From assembly GCF_006345805.1 (NCBI RefSeq), contig NW_021836858.1, positions 1-37,687 of the forward strand: a DNA stretch of 37,687 nt, read 5' to 3'. Position 1 is the first letter of the stretch. Each line of letters opens with the position of its first letter. Below, one piece after another: positions 1 to 10,243 of this stretch. The notes beneath the pieces are model-generated. The model did not search any database, was not told where the DNA came from, and saw only the letters and a list, made by a program, of their open reading frames with translations. The position numbers were made by a program, and so were the translations under genes. The DNA is from Octopus sinensis. Lineage: Eukaryota.

Positions 1-205
1 TGAAAATATGCACCCCTATGTAAAAGTGCTAGCGAGCTTGCATGGCACTTTCAGTTTGCTCAATTGAAAGGCATCGCCTCTCGGGCAAAATTCCTCATAT
101 TTTTAAATGTGGCTCGCGTAGACACGAATGAAAACGGGTTATAATGCCGAAACATGTAAAACAATAATAAACTATTTCAATCCCGAGCAAGGCCCGGTAT
201 ATCTG

Positions 206-679
206 TCTATAAAATAAAGAAGGCGAACGTTGATACAAATTGGATTTTTATGTAAAAAGGAGTCTAAATCGGGCTGGAAGGGGATTAAAATTTACAGTAG
301 AGTGTAACTTGAGGTGGGAAATTGATCTGGAGACGTTTTGGGGTGCTACAGTGGTTAATTTGGTGTGAAAACGGAGATTTTATTGATTTTTGGGGACAAC
401 TGGGGGCCTAGATCGGACACCTTTTGCCCGATTTCAATCAAATTTTTAACATGGTAAAGTTGAAGTGGATTTCTAATTTAAACGCGGAATTCTATTTTTT
501 TATAAATGTCAGAGAGATAGCTAGAGAAAGATAAAGAGTAAGAGAAAGCGAGGGAGCGTCCGAGAGAAAGGAAGAGTAAGAGAGTGGGAAAGTGAGAAAG
601 GAGGGAGAATGTGGCGATAAGAAACAGAAAGTAACAACCACAACCTCACCCGCGAGTAGAGAGGGTCACCTTAAGCTAG
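206..679 (+). mobile_element. Probable Helitron-like element
   Basis: Starts TCTATAAAATA and ends AAGCTAG|T; the hairpin is degenerate. A Helitron-like 3' end (CCCGAGCAAGGCCCGG at 182-197) precedes it. Confidence 0.4.
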
Positions 680-1120
680 TCTCTATATTATAATTCTGAA
701 ATGCAAAAAGTTTGTTTGTCTGGTTTTGGCATTAGAACGGGTTAAAGGGCACTAGATCCCGTCGGATTGACTCCAAAATTTACAGGGACATGTAAAATGA
801 GGTGAGGATGGGAGTGGGCTAGGTTAGAAATCCCTATCTTAAAAGGTGTCGTTGCTAGGGCCAAAAATGCACACTTTGACAAGTCTACTCTCATTCTTTT
901 ATCTGCCTGTCTTTCTCCATCTCTCTCTCTCTTTCTTCCCTTCCTTTCACCTTCTCTCTATAACGTCGTTTCACAGCGTCTATTATCTTTCCATCGCATT
1001 CTATTATCTGCCTGTCTTCCTCCATCTCTCTCTCTCTCTCCTCTCTTTCCTCCCTTCCTTTCACGTTCTCTCTACAACGTCGTTTGATAGCGTCTACTAT
1101 CTTTCCTCCGCCGCCTGTCA

Positions 1121-1160
<40 letters not shown>

Positions 1161-2006
1161 GTCTGTCTTCATTCATAGAGAGAATTATCATCGCCATCAC
1201 CACCACCACACAATCATGAGAATCTTTCTCTTAAAACAAATCATCTTTAGGTTTCAAAATATTTTTCAGTCCTCTCTTTCATATATCACTTTTCTTTCTC
1301 GATCTCTCTCTTTTCCCCCTTCCCTCCAATTTCTCTCTCTATAACGACGCTTGACACCTCCGCCGTCTCTCTTTCTTCTCCAACGCGTCGCTCAATGTAT
1401 GTCTGTTTGTATCTCTAAAGACGAAACGTGACTGCCGCAAAAGTTTAAATATTCCCACCACAGGTCTTTCAGAAAGGTGAATTATTATCTCCCACCGCCA
1501 CCGCACGATTATAACAGATATTATTTATCAGAAGATATGTTATTATTTTGCGTGGATAAAAGATTTAAAGAATTTATTTGTATGCTCAAGGCGACCGTCG
1601 TTAAAAATTTGTCGGTAAATTTGAAAAATTTTCCAGTTTTTAAATATTTACTTCTTAACTATTTCATTCGTTTTCTCATTGTAAACCAAATGATCTTTAG
1701 GTTTCAAAATATTTTATTTTTCAGTCCTCCCTTTCATATATCACCTTTTCTTCCTCGATCTCTCTCTTTTCCCCCTTCCCTTCACATTCTTTCTATAACG
1801 ACGTTTGACAGCTACAGTTTGGCACTGCCAGAAATTCAATAATCAATAAACACGCTGAAGCGTTAATCAACATTTGTTAAACAAATCTACTTACAAACAG
1901 TGTAATAGTGTTGTTCGAGAAATAAAAAGAAATCACTAATCCGAATAACTCATTGAAAATTGTAAATGAGAAACTTAAATCATATAAACATTTATAATAA
2001 AATCCC

Positions 2007-2422
2007 TATTCCTTTACGACCCACGAGGGGCTAAAAATGTAAACATAGGTGAAATCCCTATTCCTTTACGACCCACGAGGGGCTAAAAATGTAAACATAG
2101 GTGAAATCCCTATTCCTTTACGACCCACGAGGGGCTAAAAATGTAAACATAGGTGAAATCCCTATTCCTTTACGACCCACGAGGGGCTAAAAATGTAAAC
2201 ATAGGTGAAATCCCTATTCCTTTACGACCCACGAGGGGCTAAAAATGTAAACATAGGTGAAATCCCTATTCCTTTACGACCCACGAGGGGCTAAAAATGT
2301 AAACATAGGTGAAATCCCTATTCCTTTACGACCCACGAGGGGCTAAAAATGTAAACATAGGTGAAATCCCTATTCCTTTACGACCCACGAAGGGCTAAAA
2401 ATGTAAACATAGGTGAAATACC
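2007..2422. repeat. Minisatellite, 8 x 52 bp, derived from the SINE 3' tail
   Basis: Unit TATTCCTTTACGACCCACGAGGGGCTAAAAATGTAAACATAGGTGAAATCCC at 2007, 2059, 2111, 2163, 2215, 2267, 2319 and 2371. It runs into the SINE tail at 2423. Confidence 0.95.
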
Positions 2423-2653
2423 TATTTCTTTACTACCCACAAGGGGCCAAACACAGAGAGGACAAACAAGGACAGACAAACGGATTAAGTCGATTACATC
2501 GACCCCAGTGCGTAACTAGTACTTATTTAATCGACCCCGAAAGGATGAAAGGCAAAGTCGACCACGGCGGAATTTGAACTCAGAACGCAGCAGCAGACGA
2601 AATACCGCTAAGCATTTCGCCCGGCGTGCTAACGTTTCTGCCAGCTCGCCGCC
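2423..2653 (-). mobile_element. tRNA-derived SINE, family A (full length)
   Basis: Head GGCGGCGAGCTGGCAGAAACGTTAGC (A box) and GAGTTCAAATTC (B box). 17-bp direct repeat at 1990-2006 and 2663-2679. Confidence 0.9.
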
Positions 2654-3049
2654 TTATTTATAATTTATAATAAAATCCCAATTTACTACAGTTACAAAAT
2701 AGATGAATGAACTATAAAAATAACCATCGTTTCAGTGGAGTATGTATTGATTGAAAATCAATGACAGACCTCTAATTAGTTATGTACAATAACAAAAACT
2801 AGTATTTGAGTAATACAACATCAACAGGCAATTGTCAAACCTCATAAAATGTATTACGAACACCAAACCCACAACAAGGAAGGACAATGAATACCACTGC
2901 AAAGTAGATATGTTATAACATGAATATAAGCTGCCATAAGGAAGTAATTTGAAAGAGAGAAAAAAATACTATGCTCGCGCATAAGACCTGATTCATGAAG
3001 CATTGTCTGTCGGTCGACATGACAGCATAACAGATGTCAGTCATTCCAA

Positions 3050-3281
3050 GGCAGCGAGCTGGCAGAAACGTTAGCACGCCGGGCGAAATACGCAGTCGTA
3101 TTTCGTCTGCCGCTACGTTCTGAGTTCAAATTCCGCCAAGGTCGACTTTGCCTTCCATCCTTTCGGAGTCGATAAATTAAGTACCAGTTACACACTGGGG
3201 TCGATGTAATCGACTTAATCCGTTTGTCTGTCCTTGTTTGTCCCCTCTGTATTTAGCCCCCTTGTGGGTAGTAAAGAAATA
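3050..3281 (+). mobile_element. tRNA-derived SINE, family A, with 12-bp TSD
   Basis: Same A and B boxes. TCAGTCATTCCA at 3037-3048 and 3286-3297. Confidence 0.92.
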
Positions 3282-3644
3282 AATATCAGTCATTCCATTC
3301 GGCAAACGATGCGAAAACTAATCAATGGACGTGTTTCTAAGTGATTATTACAATATCTAATGAAGGCCAGTAATTTCTGGAAGGAGTTAAGTCGATTACA
3401 TCGACGCCGAAAGGATGAAAGGCAATGTCGATCCCGGTGGCATTTAACCTCAGAACTTAAAGTTGGAAGAAATATCGTTAAGCTTTTTGTCCGGAGCAAT
3501 AAAGATTCTGGCAACCCTTATTACAACATCGAATATTATTTGGATAAATAAACCAATACTTTTAGGACATGAATCTAACCAACCGATTCACTTGTTATTT
3601 AACTATTTATTAAGAATCGTTTATATTTTCATTTCAAATTATCA

Positions 3645-3945
3645 ATACGCAGGTTGTGGTCAATGAAGAGAGTGGACGCGATACCAAAAGTAATTGGTTT
3701 ACTTGAAAGTATCAGCACTCAGCTACTAACATGGCTGAAGAAGATCGGTGCAAGTGTGAAGGTAGAACACCTACAAGAACCAGCATTGCTTGGAACTACA
3801 AGAATTCTTCGCAGGGTTCTTGAAGAATGATCAGTAAACAAGTGTCGCCTTAGTCTGCTGGTTGTGGAAAGCTGACACTTCCCATCATGCCCAGCAAATC
3901 AAACTGAGTTTTCCTCAAACAAAACAATGACGATGATGACGGTGA
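3645..3945 (+). mobile_element. 3' end of an R4/Dong/Rex6-type (restriction-like endonuclease) non-LTR retrotransposon
   Basis: 3651-3830 translates RLWSMKRVDAIPKVIGLLESIST...EHLQEPALLGTTRILRRVLEE*, the typical C-terminus (LQK.ALLGTARILRRVL). A short 3' UTR and a (GAT/GAC)n tail follow. Confidence 0.8.
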
Positions 3946-4014
3946 TGATAGTGATGCTGTTGTTATGATTACGATATGCTGCACACCAAAATGTATTTCA
4001 CTTTTCTGTTGAAG

Positions 4015-4144
4015 GTCTGCAACAATCATGAGATGTGTAAGACTTATATCAGCGACCACGTCAACGCCACGGCCATCGATGCTGCCAAAGTAGAACAAAG
4101 AAAAGGCGAAATATTAAAAAACGTGGACGACTTACTTAAAACAC
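4015..4144 (+). CDS. Exon 1 (first exon seen) of a PKD1/REJ-like GAIN-domain gene: VCNNHEMCKTYISDHVNATAIDAAKVEQRKGEILKNVDDLLKT
   Basis: Acceptor ttttctgttgaag| and donor |gtaagt. 130 nt, open, phase 0 to 1, matching the next exon. The peptide resembles the end of a REJ module. The 5' part of the gene lies outside the window or was not recognised. Confidence 0.75.
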
Positions 4145-4698
4145 GTAAGTAAACTGTTTTTCACTTCATACCACTACATTGCAGTAGCAGACTTTCATGC
4201 TATCAACAAGAATTTATATGGTTCACACACACACACACACACACACACACATCGGTGCAAGTGTGAATGTAGAACACCAACTAAAAATATATATTAAAGG
4301 CGGTGCTCAAGCATGGCCGCAGTCAAATGACTGAAACAAGTAAAAGAGTAAAAGAGTAAAAGAGTAAAAGAGTATACGAGACCAGTACCCGACAAGGCAT
4401 CGAGACCCTATGTATACCGCTAGCGGAGGAATCGCTGTTATATCTGACTTTCGGGCATCAACCATTGACAAGGCTAAGGGAGGCCAGAACCACGTGATTT
4501 GGTAGTCCGAATCACGTGAGTTGGTGGCGATAGTGGATCATTATCTAGCACTAGCGATATAAACACGAGTGCTTACATGCACCACAAGTCCATATGGGAG
4601 GCTATCTCAGTGACACAACATCCGCTTTTATGCGGAGATAAATAAATATATATATATATATATAGATCAAAATAAAAAAACATGATGCGAAGGATTCA

Positions 4699-4776
4699 GC
4701 GGTACATATGTTTCGGGCCTTTATTAGACAGATTTATAACAATGCATAATGTATGTCTGTGGCCTTCTTCAGCCGC
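4699..4776 (-). ncRNA. Mirror-image hammerhead ribozyme motif on the minus strand
   Basis: Exact reverse complement of 4956-5033, in the left arm of the palindrome. Confidence 0.75.
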
Positions 4777-4955
4777 GCACCACAGCTTCCACAAGGACAT
4801 GTGTTACATCAAAAATTCTTGGTTGGGGATGCAAATCCTCTCATTCACGTACGACATAATGCTGCTGCCGCATTATGTCGTACGTGAATGAGAGGATTTG
4901 CATCCCCAACCAAGAATTTTTGATGTAACACATGTCCTTGTGGAAGCTGTGGTGC

Positions 4956-5033
4956 GCGGCTGAAGAAGGCCACAGACATACATTATGCATTGTTATAAAT
5001 CTGTCTAATAAAGGCCCGAAACATATGTACCGC
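4956..5033 (+). ncRNA. Minimal type I hammerhead ribozyme motif (Penelope-type)
   Basis: GCGG-CUGAAGA-A-GGCC...GGCC-C-GAAA-C-AUAU-G-UA/CCGC. Stem I is GCGG:CCGC and stem III is the palindrome ACAUAUGU. Predicted cleavage after A5029. The base of stem II is an A.C mismatch. Confidence 0.75.
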
Positions 5034-5139
5034 TGAATCCTTCGCATCATGTTTTTTATTTTGATCAATTTACTCCACCACCTACACCACCAAACGGTAT
5101 ACACAGGTGCTTATAATTATCAAGTACTCACCCCGAATT

Positions 5140-5196
<57 letters not shown>

Positions 5197-5435
5197 TATG
5201 CGTGTATATATATATATGTACACATATATATGCGTGTATATATATTGTTACTTTGGCGCTCGAAGAAAAATGTTATAAAGTAAAAGTATGGTGTTTTGGA
5301 GGTTCGCTTTTCATCGGATATAGAGGGAAAAGTCTACAGAAGAGAAGGAAGAAGGAAGAAAAGTGATAAGAACAGACAATCACCGAATAAAGCGCGTGCG
5401 TAATTCACATGTGTGATCACTATATTAACACAATG

Positions 5436-5477
<42 letters not shown>

Positions 5478-6550
5478 TTGTGTGTGTGTGTGTGTGAGTG
5501 TGTGTCTCCTGTAAACCAATTTTCGTGAACAACCCAGAGCATTCAGTGATGGACTCTTCCGTCGACGAATGAGTGTTTCGCTTTTTGCCGAGCGACCTGC
5601 ACAAATGAATCGTTTATAGTGATCAAATGTGTGCTGTACATTAGCTCGCTCTCTTCATGAAATCAATGTTGCCTGAATAGGTTCACGGCGTACCACGTGT
5701 CAGGTTTCGAAGTGACCGCAGAGCAACGTGAAAAGGAGTGTTTTGCTTAAGAACACAACGCATCACCTGGTCTAATAATTGAACCACGATCTTGCAAGCG
5801 TCAGTGCAACACCCTTACCACCAGGCCATGCGCTCCCGCATAAAGTACTCAGTATAAGTGCACATTAGAATGAAAAATTTTAACTGGATGATCATCGCTA
5901 TTGATAGTTTCATGTTTTAGACAATCTTCGGATGATTTATAACCAGCGTCTTCCACAAAAGTAGACAAGTACATTTATAAGTTGCTAAACAGTTTTTGAT
6001 CATATGTATTTATTCTGAATCATTAAAAGGAGAAAGGACTACAACTCCTTCTAAAACCTCCTTGCACAGCTGATTTCTTTCTTTTGGGTTACCAGAGATC
6101 GGTTTAATTTTGATATCGAAAAAAAAGCTATAAAATGGGCGAAAATTTATGAATGACAAAATTAGAATCAGTAATGTGACCTGGAAAGTTTTCTGCATTA
6201 ATTCTTAGTTCGGAAAATAAGAGAAGGGTGAGTCACTGGAAAGAAATTATGATTGCAAAATAGAAAAATGTTGTTTGGGATATTATTGAGAAAATGTATA
6301 AAATGCAAAAAGAATAAAATGCTTAGACCAAATATTATGGAAGCAGAGTAAGATAGTTTAATGTTAGTCTACTGAATCTCATACTGAGATACATTTCCAA
6401 AAATTTAGCAGATACTTACAGAGGTGTTGGCATTTCTCTCCTTGGTGTATTGCTTAGCCTTATTAGCTCAGATATGGGAATATTAATCATATGTTAACAT
6501 ATACATTGACTATATCAATATATATATATATATGTATTTTTTTTTTACAG

Positions 6551-6660
6551 AAAACTATTTCGAAGTTTTATTATCATTGATTGGCATCCTTAGAATCGAA
6601 GACAATACCCGCAAAAAGAGATCAGCCGAGCAAGAAATAATGAGCCAGGATGTGATCAAA
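6551..6660 (+). CDS. Exon 2: (Q)NYFEVLLSLIGILRIEDNTRKKRSAEQEIMSQDVIK
   Basis: Acceptor ttttttacag| and donor |gtaaat. Only one frame is open (phase 1 to 0). Contains RKKR/S. Confidence 0.8.
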
Positions 6661-6809
6661 GTAAATTTGCCTTTGTCTTCACAATAATGATATATCCTAT
6701 CAGCCCTTCATCCACTAATTTTTTTTTCATATATTTAAATTGTGAAGAAGCCTGTGACAGTAGAGTACTGAACTAAATGCATTGCAATATTAAGGTTTCG
6801 TGTAGATGA

Positions 6810-7020
6810 TGAGAGGAATAAATCGTAAGCACGCCTGAAAAAGCACGCTTAGCGGGGCATTTCGTCCGTCTTGGCGTTCTGAGATCAAATTCCGCCAAAT
6901 CTGACTTTGCCTCTCATCCTTTCAGGGTGGATAAAATAAGTACTAGTTGAGTACTGAGGTCGATGTAATTGACTGAGCCCCTACCCCGAAATTGCTGGCC
7001 TTGTGCCAAAATTTGAAACT
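6810..7020 (+). mobile_element. Diverged SINE family A' (alternative tail)
   Basis: Degenerate B box and body, tail CCCCGAAATTGCTGGCCTTGTGCC. Similar diverged copies at about 12757-12955 (+) and 31010-31135 (+, followed by (ATT)n), and a fragment at about 3387-3512 (-). Confidence 0.75.
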
Positions 7021-7179
7021 AGCATTTAAGTTTCGTTCCTGCGTTATATTTGATATTTTCACACCGTCAGTTCGTACGAATGGACTGAGGACGAAAACAA
7101 TTCTGTTGTTGATACGTTCAATATCATTCATGTTTATAGATATCCATACAATTTATACATATCTATACACACACACAGA

Positions 7180-7215
<36 letters not shown>

Positions 7216-7269
7216 ACACACACACACATACATACATACATACATACATACGTACATACATACATACAT

Positions 7270-7352
<83 letters not shown>

Positions 7353-8122
7353 CATGGTGTGGTTCTAGTTTCTGGTAATCAAATTCATCTCAGGAAGTAC
7401 TTTCAAAGATATACGCAGGTGATTCTGTGTGCGTGTATGTGTGTGTGTGTGTTTGACATTTACATACACCTGTAGAAATTCATCATGCGAGGGTTGATGG
7501 CATAATTGTGCAATAAAAAACCCACTATAATTACATGTCATTAGCATATGAAAGAAATAATTGATATAATTAATAAACTAAATAATTATTATATCTGGTT
7601 TTCTATGCCTGGAAGATGGATACAAACCCTCACTTCTCCCAACTCCATAGTCCTGTTTACATTTAGTCTATTGTATATCATGCTCGTTGGAACTGATCTC
7701 AAACCAACAAGACAAAAGAAATCAGTTAAGCAGTTGGCTGCAAATGCTGAAGCGATGAGGGTAGTGGTTGCTTCTCATGTCACATCCGAATCCAGGGATG
7801 AAAATAGAAACAATTCTGACAATAAAAATATATAAAAGTAAATCAATTGCTTGTCGCCAGTGTAGCCACAGCTCTACATGGCATCTGTTTGCCTGGAATT
7901 AGATACTACGGTTGAGCATCTTTCCAGTTGTCACAAATGCTGTGTCGGTGCTGAGAGACGATTCCGCAATCAGATCTATTCTCTTATACAAAGCTTGATT
8001 TTTCTATATTTAACTGCTATTGTAATGTTGCCCGAACAGGAATACAAAAAGCAAAAAAAAAACGATTTCGGAATGTATGTAACAGCTGGGTTTTTTTTTT
8101 TTGGTTTTTTTTTTTTAACTAG

Positions 8123-8332
8123 GCCATCAATGCTTGGGAAATGACCGTATTGAAACCGCTATCTGAAAAAGAGGCCATAATTCTTAGCTCTGCAATAGTG
8201 AAACTGGACAATGAGCAATACAACGACGATTTTCTTAAAAAATTTATTTCTAATCTAGACTCCTTGATAAAAATCTTCAAATTAAACAGTCAAAGCATGC
8301 CAGACAGTATTTTTACATCAAGCGTCGACAAA
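8123..8332 (+). CDS. Exon 3: AINAWEMTVLKPLSEKEAIILSSAIVKLDNEQ...SIFTSSVDK (helical GAIN-A-like region)
   Basis: Acceptor ttttttaactag| and donor |gtaagt. 210 nt, phase 0 to 0. Overlaps ORF 8141-8347. Confidence 0.85.
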
Positions 8333-8708
8333 GTAAGTATAAACTGAAAATTCTTAATACCATATGAAATGTCAGTACTTTTTTTTTTTCATCTAATTTT
8401 ATATTTTGCTGTTTGTTGTAGTTGGGGGGTTATTTGTGGGGATGGCGTGCTACATCAAATACATCTGGAGATCTTTTTCAACGCTGGTTTACGTTCCAGA
8501 TCAGTGATTCCCAATCATATTTTGCCTATGGACCGCCGGGGGTTATATGGACGCCCGTTCAGGACAACTGTACCCGATAATAAACTTTGAAGGAATTAAG
8601 ATATAATACAGCTGGCGAGGTCTTTAATTACAGATTCTCCTTTGATTTTTGGTAGAAGCAATTATATTCTTAGAAATCTCACAACGAGAGATATTCAGCA
8701 ACAGTACT

Positions 8709-9851
8709 TTGGAGTAAAAATTGTTTGCCAACATAACATGGCAGTCCTGGTTTAGGACGAATGTTGCTGTAATTTAGCCCCAGGAGACATCGTCTCCAGC
8801 TGGCTATACGACACGATCTGTGTGCTTTTTTGAAAATATACTTTTCTGATTTAGACAAAAGGCCCAAAATGTTGGGGGAAGGGGCCAGTCGATTAGATCG
8901 ACCCCAATACGCAACTGGTATTTAATTTATCGACTCCGAAAGGATAAAAGACAATTTCGACCACGGCAGAATTTGAACTCAGAAAGTAAACACAGACGAA
9001 ATAGCGATTTCTTTAATACCCACAAGGGGCTAAACACAGAGGGAACAAACAAGGACAGACACACGGATTAAGTCGATTATATCGACGCCAGTGCGTAACT
9101 GGTACTTAATTTAGCGACCTCGAAAGGATGATAGGCAAAGTCGACCTCGGCGGAATTTGAACTCAGAACGTAGCGGCAGACGAAATACCTATTTCTTTAT
9201 TACCCACAAGGACAAACAAGGACAGACATAGGTATTAAGTCGATTATATCGACATCAGTGCGTAACTGGTACTTAATTTATCGACCCCGAAAGGATGGAA
9301 GGCAAAGTCGACCTCGGCGGAATTTGAACTCACAACGTAACGGCAGACGAAATACCTATTTCTTTATTACCCACAAGGGGCTAAACATAGAGGTGACAAA
9401 CAAGGACAGACATAGGTATTAAGTCGATTACATCGACCCCAGTGCGTAACTGGTACTTAATTTATCGACTCCGAAAGGATGAAAGCCAAAGTCGACCTCG
9501 GCGGAATTTGAACTCAGAACGTAGCGGCAGACGAAATACCGCTAAGCATTTCTCCCGACGTGCTAACGTTTCTGCCAGCTCGCCACTTTTTATATATTTC
9601 TTTACCACCCACAAGGGGCTAAACATAGAGGGGACAAAGTACCAGTTGCGTATTGGGGTCGATCTAATCGACTGACCCCTTCCCCAAAAATTTTGGGCCT
9701 TTTGTCTAAATCAGAAAAGTATATTTTCAAATAAGGACACAGATCGTGTCGTATAGCCAACTGTAGACGATGTCTCCTGGGGCTAAATTACAGCAACATT
9801 CGTTCTAAATCAGGACTACCATGTTATGTTGGCTAACAATCTTTACTCCAA
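8709..9851. repeat. 212-bp inverted duplication (8709-8920 and 9640-9851) enclosing a SINE concatemer
   Basis: 12 mismatches in 212 bp by manual alignment, no indels. Confidence 0.9.
8841..9586 (-). mobile_element. Head-to-tail concatemer of family A SINE units ending in an A'-type tail
   Basis: GACGAAATAC junctions at 8995, 9179, 9346 and 9530 (periods 184, 167, 184). A single head at about 9530-9586. Confidence 0.88.
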
Positions 9852-10243
9852 TTGTATTCTTGTATTCTAGGCTGCCGATAATAGATTTGTGGGAAGACAA
9901 AGAGATAGAGGCCATGGCAGCAGAATAAACAACTATGTCGATGTCAGTATGAAATTCGAAACTGAACTGTTCGTTCTGGTTGTCTGAAGCAGTTATAAAC
10001 TAGTTTGAGGATTAAAAATGCAACAAGGAACCAAATGACAAATCTATGACTACTCATTAAAATGCAAAAATAAGAATCAGTTGAGAACGAGGCTCGATCT
10101 GTCCCCTCTTCTATAAATTACTGGCATTGTACCAAAATTTGAATCCAATGTTTCACAGCGACACCACAAAAGCTGCATTTCCAGGATAAGTCTATTTGAC
10201 AGAGTTTATCGCTCTCCAAGCGGAACCAATAGAAACGGTTAAA

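Larger units (their letters stand above)
682..3321 (+). mobile_element. Probable non-autonomous Helitron with internal CT-rich duplications and two nested SINEs
   Basis: Starts TCTATATTATA. Ends TTCGGCAAACGATGCGAA hairpin plus CTAA|T (CTRR) at 3318-3321. Internal repeats: about 897-1001 vs 1002-1115, and about 1237-1345 vs 1683-1812. Confidence 0.5.
4665..5066. repeat. Long near-perfect palindrome: arms 4665-4862 and 4870-5066, 7-nt loop TGCTGCC
   Basis: The arms are exact reverse complements except for one base in an A7/T6 run. The ORF track gives the same peptide on both strands. Confidence 0.97.

Noticed and set aside
126-160. Hammerhead-like half GCCGAAACATGTA
   Set aside because: No CUGANGA upstream and no stem I; it lies in a Helitron-like end.
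2007-2422. CRISPR-like regular repeat
   Set aside because: The units are contiguous with no unique spacers, derive from a SINE tail, and sit in a eukaryotic context.
4682-5104. Two ORFs encoding the same peptide (MMRRIQRYICFGP...)
   Set aside because: A consequence of the palindrome; no recognisable domain or splice context.
6070-6227. Candidate extra exon ending at AGG|gtgagt
   Set aside because: All three frames contain stops, and exons 1 and 2 already join in phase.
7084-7110. CTGAGGACGAAA hammerhead-like core
   Set aside because: There is no room for stem II and no flanking stems.
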